From Octopus sinensis (lineage: Eukaryota), in NCBI RefSeq assembly GCF_006345805.1, contig NC_043006.1, positions 89,404,001 to 89,468,000 on the forward strand: a stretch of 64,000 nucleotides of DNA, written 5' to 3'. The translations under genes were made by a program, and so were the position numbers. The notes under the pieces were generated by a model. That model had not been told where the DNA came from. It did no database searches and worked only from the letters and a program-made list of their open reading frames with translations. Positions 63,921-64,000 of this stretch are shown here, piece after piece; within the stretch, counting starts at the first letter, position 1; every line of letters starts with the position of its first letter.

Positions 63921-64000
63921 TTTATTTTGCTTATACAGAGCCCTAGGTGGACTTGGCCATTTGAGTATTAAATGCCTTGGCTATGAAAGCATTGCAATAC

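Overview
AT-rich, microsatellite-laden animal DNA. Its repeat complement (tRNA-derived SINEs with internal TG/TA tracts, many RTE-LINE copies with (GAT)n tails, mariners) points to an octopus/coleoid cephalopod genome; this is my inference. No complete host gene is visible: one good candidate internal exon (10163-10278, minus) and one weaker candidate terminal exon (39172-39292, plus). Most ORFs in the track are microsatellite or decayed-TE artefacts. Mobile elements found: a CsRn1-clade Ty3/gypsy element (31164-36127; CHCC Gag knuckle, tRNA-Trp PBS, 5' LTR cut to 92 bp); a near-intact DD34D mariner (47411-48704); two deleted or rearranged mariners; a long RTE LINE split by a CR1 insertion; Tx1/L1 and R4/Dong LINE remnants; a Helentron-associated HINE; a Helitron end; several MITEs. 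The most striking signal is at 36.25-37.9 kb: three unrelated inverted-repeat cassettes next to (TA)n tracts, each carrying a minimal type-I hammerhead ribozyme motif (one with a canonical core), the architecture of Penelope-like or retrozyme-type elements. Also notable are a ~1.17 kb foldback, a spacer-less ~215 bp palindrome and repeated head-to-head LINE pairs. Coordinates were counted by eye; ends of decayed repeats are approximate.
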